Source of the DNA: Hyphomicrobiales bacterium
GTDB taxonomy: Bacteria; Pseudomonadota; Alphaproteobacteria; Rickettsiales; JACKKO01
Length of the DNA stretch: 64,000 nt
Reading direction: 5' to 3'
Assembly: GCA_024236395.1 (NCBI GenBank)
Contig: JACKKO010000001.1
Coordinates: 17,345 to 81,344 of the forward strand
A program made the position numbers and the translations under genes. The notes below the pieces were generated by a model that did not search any database, was not told the DNA's origin, and was given only the letters and a program-made list of their open reading frames with translations. Shown piece after piece: positions 59,395 to 64,000 of this stretch (within the stretch, counting starts at the first letter, position 1; each line of letters starts with the position of its first letter).

Positions 59395-61281
59395 ATGTTA
59401 GGGGGGATGCATCGGATCCGGTCTCTTTTCGGCGTTTTATGTCTGCTGGCGGCGTTCCCGTCCGCAAGCATCAGTGCCGAATGCCCGGATTATGCCACAT
59501 GTAGCCATGGCCTGTCTATATGGGGAGACCTTAAATACCCCAAAGATTTCGACCATTTCGATTACACCAACCCCGCTGCCCCCAACGGCGGGCGTATCCG
59601 CTATGCCGAAACCGGCACATTTGACAGCCTGAATAAATTTATCCTCAAAGGCGTGGATGCTGCCGGGCTTGACCTGATTTACGATACCTTACTCACCTCC
59701 TCCTATGACGAACCCTTCTCGGAATATGGGCTGCTGGCGGAAACAGTGACGCTGGCCAAGGATCGCAGCTGGGTGATCTTTGATCTGCGCAAGCAGGCCA
59801 AATGGCACGATGGCACCCCCATTACCGCCGAGGATGTTGCCTTCACCTTCCATACGCTGATGGAAAAAGGGCATCCCTATTACCGCGCCTATTACGCGGA
59901 AATCAGCGGAGTGGAGGTGCTGGGCAAACACCGGGTAAAATTCACCTTTGCCAACAAGGATAACCGAGAATTACCCTTGATTATCGGCCAACTGCCCATC
60001 CTGCCCAAACATTACTATGACACCCAGGATTTCGAGGTCAGCACCCTTAATCCGCCGCTGGGCAGTGGCCCCTACCGGATTGACGGGGTAGAAGCCGGCA
60101 AATGGCTGCAATACCGCCGCGTGGAGGATTATTGGGGCAAAGACCTACCGGTGAATCGCGGGCGTAATAACATAGATATCCTTCGTTACGATTACTATCG
60201 CGATGCTGCGGTGGCCGTGGAAGCCTTCAAGGCCGGGGAGTACGATTTCCGGCTGGAAAATATGTCCAAAATCTGGGCGACCGCCTATAACGACTTCCCG
60301 GCGCTGGCACAGGGGCGCGTCAAAAAGGAACGGCTGCGGCACGAACTGCCCAGCGGCATGCAGGGCTACGTGTTCAATACCCGCCGCCCCATGTTTGCCG
60401 ACCGGCGGGTGCGCAAGGCCATCGCACTGGCGTTTGATTTTGAATGGTCGAACCGCAACCTGTTCTATGATGAATACCAGCGCACCACCAGCTTCTTCGC
60501 CAATTCCGATTTCGCCGCCAGCGGCACGCCCAGCCCGGCCGAACGGGCGCTGCTGGAACCGTTCCGCGACCAGCTGCCGGAAGCCGTCTTCGCGGAAGCC
60601 TATACCCCGCCCGTCACGGATGGTTCCGGGAATATCCGCACCCTGCTGTTGGAAGCCGATCACTTGCTGAAAGAGGCCGGGTGGGTCGTACGCGATGGCG
60701 TGCGCGTGAACGCCGCAACCGGAGAACCGCTGACGTTTGAATTCCTGTTTATCTCCCCGGCGTTTGAGCGCGTTACCGGCCCCTATATCCGTAACCTGAA
60801 ACGACTGGGCATCAATGCCCGCATGCGGGTGGTGGATAGCTCGCAATATGCGCGGCGGGTAGAGGATTTTGATTACGACATCATTATCAATGTCTATGGC
60901 CAGTCACTCTCCCCGGGCAATGAACAGGTGGATTACTGGCATTCGGCAAAGGCCGATGTGAAGGGTAGCCGCAACCTGGCTGGCATCCGCAACCCGGCCG
61001 TGGATGCCATGATTGAGGCACTGCTCAAAGCCAAAAGCCGCGAGAAGCAACTCACCGCCCTGCATGCGCTGGATCGCATCCTGCTGGCGGAGCATTACCT
61101 GATTCCGCATTTCCATAGCCGTTATTTCCGTATCCTCTACCGCAATGCGTACGATCGGCCCCAAACCCCGCCCAAATACAACCTGGGGCTGGACTTATGG
61201 TGGGCAAATCCGGAAAAAGAAGCCTGCCTGCAGCAACCGGGGGATGTGCACGCCTGCCTGGAGAAGGCAGAAAGCCACTAG
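59395..61281 (+). CDS. yejA: Peptide ABC transporter periplasmic substrate-binding protein (YejA-like, family 5 SBP)
   Basis: Signal peptide MHRIRSLFGVLCLLAAFPSASISA. A 600+ aa family-5 SBP with the YejA-type N-terminus. Start at 59395 or 59407. Confidence 0.8.
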   Translation: MLGGMHRIRSLFGVLCLLAAFPSASISAECPDYATCSHGLSIWGDLKYPKDFDHFDYTNPAAPNGGRIRYAETGTFDSLNKFILKGVDAAGLDLIYDTLLTSSYDEPFSEYGLLAETVTLAKDRSWVIFDLRKQAKWHDGTPITAEDVAFTFHTLMEKGHPYYRAYYAEISGVEVLGKHRVKFTFANKDNRELPLIIGQLPILPKHYYDTQDFEVSTLNPPLGSGPYRIDGVEAGKWLQYRRVEDYWGKDLPVNRGRNNIDILRYDYYRDAAVAVEAFKAGEYDFRLENMSKIWATAYNDFPALAQGRVKKERLRHELPSGMQGYVFNTRRPMFADRRVRKAIALAFDFEWSNRNLFYDEYQRTTSFFANSDFAASGTPSPAERALLEPFRDQLPEAVFAEAYTPPVTDGSGNIRTLLLEADHLLKEAGWVVRDGVRVNAATGEPLTFEFLFISPAFERVTGPYIRNLKRLGINARMRVVDSSQYARRVEDFDYDIIINVYGQSLSPGNEQVDYWHSAKADVKGSRNLAGIRNPAVDAMIEALLKAKSREKQLTALHALDRILLAEHYLIPHFHSRYFRILYRNAYDRPQTPPKYNLGLDLWWANPEKEACLQQPGDVHACLEKAESH

Positions 61282-61420
61282 ATTACAGAGGGTTAAAAAA
61301 TGATTAACAGCGCGCGTTGGGAGATAGGAAAAATTTGATGAAAATATGATTTTTATTAATGTTTCTTTAATAAAGACGCGGTATAATAAATTTATAAGGA
61401 AGTTAAAGGAATAAAATACA

Positions 61421-61645
61421 ATGCCCGCACTTTTTCCATTTCAAGGTGGTATAGGTCTAGACGATATGCTCGAGCAAGTTGGCGCCCCCGGAAAGAAGCT
61501 TGCTGCCGGGATACAGTTCCTTCAAGGACCCGGTGGTGGGGCCGATATAATGGCCGGTGGTGGTGGCCACGATTACTCAGGTAGCCACATGACAAATAAT
61601 CTTATGGCAATGATGGCTTCCCGTGGCGGTGGCCATGGACGATAA
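61421..61645 (+). CDS. Possible small Gly-rich peptide, 74 aa
   Basis: ORF with AAGGAA/AAAGGAA purine tracts upstream, preceded by an AT-rich 139-nt spacer and followed by a strong terminator. No homology recognised, so coding status is uncertain. Confidence 0.3.
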   Translation: MPALFPFQGGIGLDDMLEQVGAPGKKLAAGIQFLQGPGGGADIMAGGGGHDYSGSHMTNNLMAMMASRGGGHGR

Positions 61646-61700
61646 TAATTAGAAAGAATTTTGGTATACGCGGAGAATGATTTAACCCTACATAACCACT

Positions 61701-61718
61701 TTCTTCCGTTTCTTCCGT
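61701..61718. repeat. Tandem 9-mer TTCTTCCGT x2 (with a degenerate third copy following)
   Basis: Read directly. It lies between the Gly-rich ORF and the terminator. Confidence 0.6.
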
Positions 61719-61731
61719 TTCATTCTTCGCG

Positions 61732-61768
61732 AAAGCCCGCGTCCCTTCCAACGCGGGCTTTTCCTTTC
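61732..61768 (+). terminator. Rho-independent terminator
   Basis: AAAGCCCGCG-tcccttccaa-CGCGGGCTTT followed by TCCTTTCC. Confidence 0.65.
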
Positions 61769-61783
61769 CATCCGGAGAGAACA

Positions 61784-62428
61784 ATGGCCAGGTATTATAT
61801 TGATTCAACATTTCCCCCCAACACGGTGATCCTGGAAGAAGGTGATGTTACCATGTCCTTATCGCGTACTTCGCTAACAAACGACCAGAACGAACCGCTT
61901 TATCTTAAAATCAGTACCGACCATGGCAGTACACCTGCAGAAGGCAGCGTTTCGTATATCAGCGAACGGGAGGCGCTGGCATTTCTGGACGAAAAGTTCT
62001 CGGTGGCACTGGCGGTGATACGTAACCAGATGCACCACGAAGCGGGGAGTGACCCATATGAGGGTCTTACCCCTGAAGAAGCCTCGCAGTTCACCCATAA
62101 CCTCGCGCAGGCAAAGGACGATCACTATTTCTTCAAGGCACGTTCTTCGTATAACGAAGAACCGCGCAAAGACACCCATGACTATAATTACGCGGAGATC
62201 ATCTCCCTGCATCAGCGTACCCGGGAAGCCTTAGATGGAAAAAAGCCTGACGAGAAGGCAACACCACTCTATTCCGGTAGCAAGAAATTCGTTGCCATCG
62301 ATCCGGAAACCCTTTCTGCATTACCCGTTGCGAATATAACGGATACCAATCATCCAACGCCCGGCCACCTACAAGGACTGCCCGATGCGCGTGAAGTCCA
62401 AACGGGAGACCTCCCTCCCATGGGTTAA
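61784..62428 (+). CDS. Hypothetical protein, 214 aa
   Basis: Start set at MARYYIDSTF (GGAGAG RBS). The upstream part of the listed ORF spans the terminator. No family recognised. Confidence 0.4.
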   Translation: MARYYIDSTFPPNTVILEEGDVTMSLSRTSLTNDQNEPLYLKISTDHGSTPAEGSVSYISEREALAFLDEKFSVALAVIRNQMHHEAGSDPYEGLTPEEASQFTHNLAQAKDDHYFFKARSSYNEEPRKDTHDYNYAEIISLHQRTREALDGKKPDEKATPLYSGSKKFVAIDPETLSALPVANITDTNHPTPGHLQGLPDAREVQTGDLPPMG

Positions 62429-62526
62429 CCGCATCGCATCCACATACATTACGCAATTCCTGCAAAAAACCCTTATATTTTGTAATCCTCTTTGAGTTTC
62501 GGTCGGTTCTGGCGTATAATAAAGCT

Positions 62527-64000
62527 ATGGCGCTGGCAAAGAAAATCTCCAAGAAATCGGAGAAGAAAAAACCAACCCGTATCGCTCCATCCCAGCGAAC
62601 GGCCAATGAGGTGATGAGTGAATCTGAGGTGGAGGAATTCCTCCCCTATACCTGCCACTATGACCCTCATACGCTGCTCACCAAGAACGGCGAACTGGTA
62701 CAGGTTATCAAACTGACCGGTTTCAATTTTGAAAGTATCGCTTCTGCTAATCAGGAGCGTCTGCCGGTACGTACCGCCATTCGCAAAGCCATTGCCGAAG
62801 CGATCCAGGTGCCGGAATATGCTATTTGGCTTCACACGGTGCGACGGCGCACAAACCTCGCCCCAACCGGGAACCATAAGGACACATTCAGCAAAATGCT
62901 CAACCAGGCATGGGTGGAGCGGCACGACTGGACCCATAAATACATGAATGAGCTCTATATTACTGTCATCATTCAGGGTACCTCTCTGGCGCTTAGCGAG
63001 CCAAAAAACTTCCTGCGCAGTTTGGCCGTGTGGAAAGAGCGGCGCTATCACACGCAATTTCTGGAAAATTCCTGTGCCAAACTTACTGAAGCCGTAGACA
63101 TCCTTCTTGAAAATTTGCGCCCGTTTGGCGCACGCCGCCTGAGTACGATCAAGGGCCGGGACGGCATTTACTATTCTGAGCCGATGCAGTTCTTCTGTAA
63201 AATCATCAATCTTGAGGAAGAGCCATTCCCAATGGCGCTCCAGGATCTTTCCGAGGTGATGCCACAACGGCACCAGGTATTCTTTGGTTTTAATGCACTG
63301 GAAGTCAAAAGCCCTAAGAGCCGGCATTACGGCGCGATCCTGACGGTAAAAGAATACCATGAGGTGACCACCAGTTTTATCGACCGTTTTCTGCAACTGC
63401 CACACCGTTTTGTCATTACGGAAACATTTGATTTTGTGAACAACGAAAAGGCCCTGGCACATTTCGAACAACAACACACTTATTATACGCTTTCCAAAGA
63501 CTCCGAAATGGAGAAACTTTCCGGCATTCGTGATATTTTAGACTCCGATACCGGTTCTCCCGTAGATTTCGGTGAACACCAGATCAATATCCTGTTACTG
63601 GATGACGATTTGCCGGAACTGGAAGAAAGCGTACGCGATATGGTTAACGCGTTTCGGCAGCTAGGCATTGTGGTTTTCCGGGAAGATTTGTGTATGGAAG
63701 ATTGTTTCTGGGCACAATTGCCGGGTAATTTTGAGTTTATCCGCCGTATGTCCTATATCAATACACGGCGGATTGGCGGTTATGCCTCACTGTACAATTT
63801 CCCGGCGGGAAAAATTAATGGCAATCACTGGGGGCCAGCGGTCACCATATTTTATACAACCCAGCAAACCCCCTATTTTTTCAATTTCCATTACGAAGAT
63901 AACGGGCATACGATGATTATCGGCCCCTATGGCGGGGGCAAAACGGTTCTGTTGAACTTCCTGCTCTCTGAAGCACAGAAGTTTCAGCCGCGCTTATTTT
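62527..64000 (+). CDS. virB4: Type IV secretion system ATPase VirB4 (CagE/TrbE family), 3' end outside the window
   Basis: Frame 1 is open from ATG 62527 to the window end, so it is absent from the ORF track, which lists only terminated ORFs. My translation gives ...EFLPYTCHYDPHTLLTKNGELVQVIKLTGF...YINTRRIGGYASLYNFP...MIIGPYGGGKTVLLNFL (Walker A). Confidence 0.85.
   Translation, partial: MALAKKISKKSEKKKPTRIAPSQRTANEVMSESEVEEFLPYTCHYDPHTLLTKNGELVQVIKLTGFNFESIASANQERLPVRTAIRKAIAEAIQVPEYAIWLHTVRRRTNLAPTGNHKDTFSKMLNQAWVERHDWTHKYMNELYITVIIQGTSLALSEPKNFLRSLAVWKERRYHTQFLENSCAKLTEAVDILLENLRPFGARRLSTIKGRDGIYYSEPMQFFCKIINLEEEPFPMALQDLSEVMPQRHQVFFGFNALEVKSPKSRHYGAILTVKEYHEVTTSFIDRFLQLPHRFVITETFDFVNNEKALAHFEQQHTYYTLSKDSEMEKLSGIRDILDSDTGSPVDFGEHQINILLLDDDLPELEESVRDMVNAFRQLGIVVFREDLCMEDCFWAQLPGNFEFIRRMSYINTRRIGGYASLYNFPAGKINGNHWGPAVTIFYTTQQTPYFFNFHYEDNGHTMIIGPYGGGKTVLLNFLLSEAQKFQPRLF

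Noticed and set aside
33495-61315. A shared 13-mer, ATTAACAGCGCGC, in two AT-rich spacers (33495-33507 and 61303-61315), considered as a common operator.
   Set aside because: In 64 kb read on both strands, tens of shared 13-mers are expected by chance. Only one copy is a full palindrome. Near argG it may simply be a weak terminator hairpin.
61450-61500. A cluster of 6-bp palindromes (TCTAGA, CTCGAG, GGCGCC, AAGCTT) within about 50 nt, resembling a cloning polylinker.
   Set aside because: There is no vector backbone, primer or tag sequence around it. The stretch is in frame within a plausible ORF. Four palindromic hexamers is unusual but within reach of chance, so I note it only as a caveat on the provenance of this region.
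62473-63477. A 334-aa minus-strand ORF listed in the track.
   Set aside because: It is antisense to the VirB4 frame, which carries clear family motifs. The VirB4 frame is missing from the track only because it has no stop inside the window.

Overview
This window looks like a chromosomal segment of an alphaproteobacterium. I base that on gene content and order: phoR-pstCAB-phoB, a cobS/cobT pair with a J-domain gene, a membrane-anchored cytochrome c, a type-2 IleS, an archaeal-like ValS and a VirB4 T4SS ATPase at the right edge. I count about 61 protein-coding genes and one tRNA-Lys(UUU). I found no rRNA, CRISPR array, transposase or integrase.

The GC-rich housekeeping backbone is interrupted by visibly AT-richer orphan genes at 5.3-6.4 kb, 8.1-9.2 kb, 32.5-33.5 kb, 43.8-45.2 kb, 58.5-59.3 kb and 61.3-62.4 kb. 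These could be horizontally acquired genes or secreted effectors.

The most interesting items are:
1. A bufferin-type RiPP metallophore locus appears split in two. DUF2282 precursor + DUF692/MNIO maturase sit at 27.7-28.9 kb. DUF2063 chaperone + DoxX sit at 49.4-50.7 kb. About 20 kb of housekeeping genes lies between them. The second half is preceded by two extra Cys-containing small ORFs.
2. A tightly packed operon with no glycosyltransferase encodes a PhyH dioxygenase, Wzm, Wzt with a C-terminal extension, and a two-domain sulfotransferase. It lies next to an 837-aa protein built almost entirely of RTX repeats.
3. A CGGGAAT heptamer tandem repeat occurs in both orientations in frame inside the essential ileS gene, which also carries an AT-rich in-frame insertion.
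4. A putative sulfide-responsive divergon couples ArsR/SqrR-like + SQR to DUF2892 + RND/MMPL + LolA-like + outer-membrane barrel genes.

All functional calls come from motif recognition by eye in the supplied translations. No database search was run.
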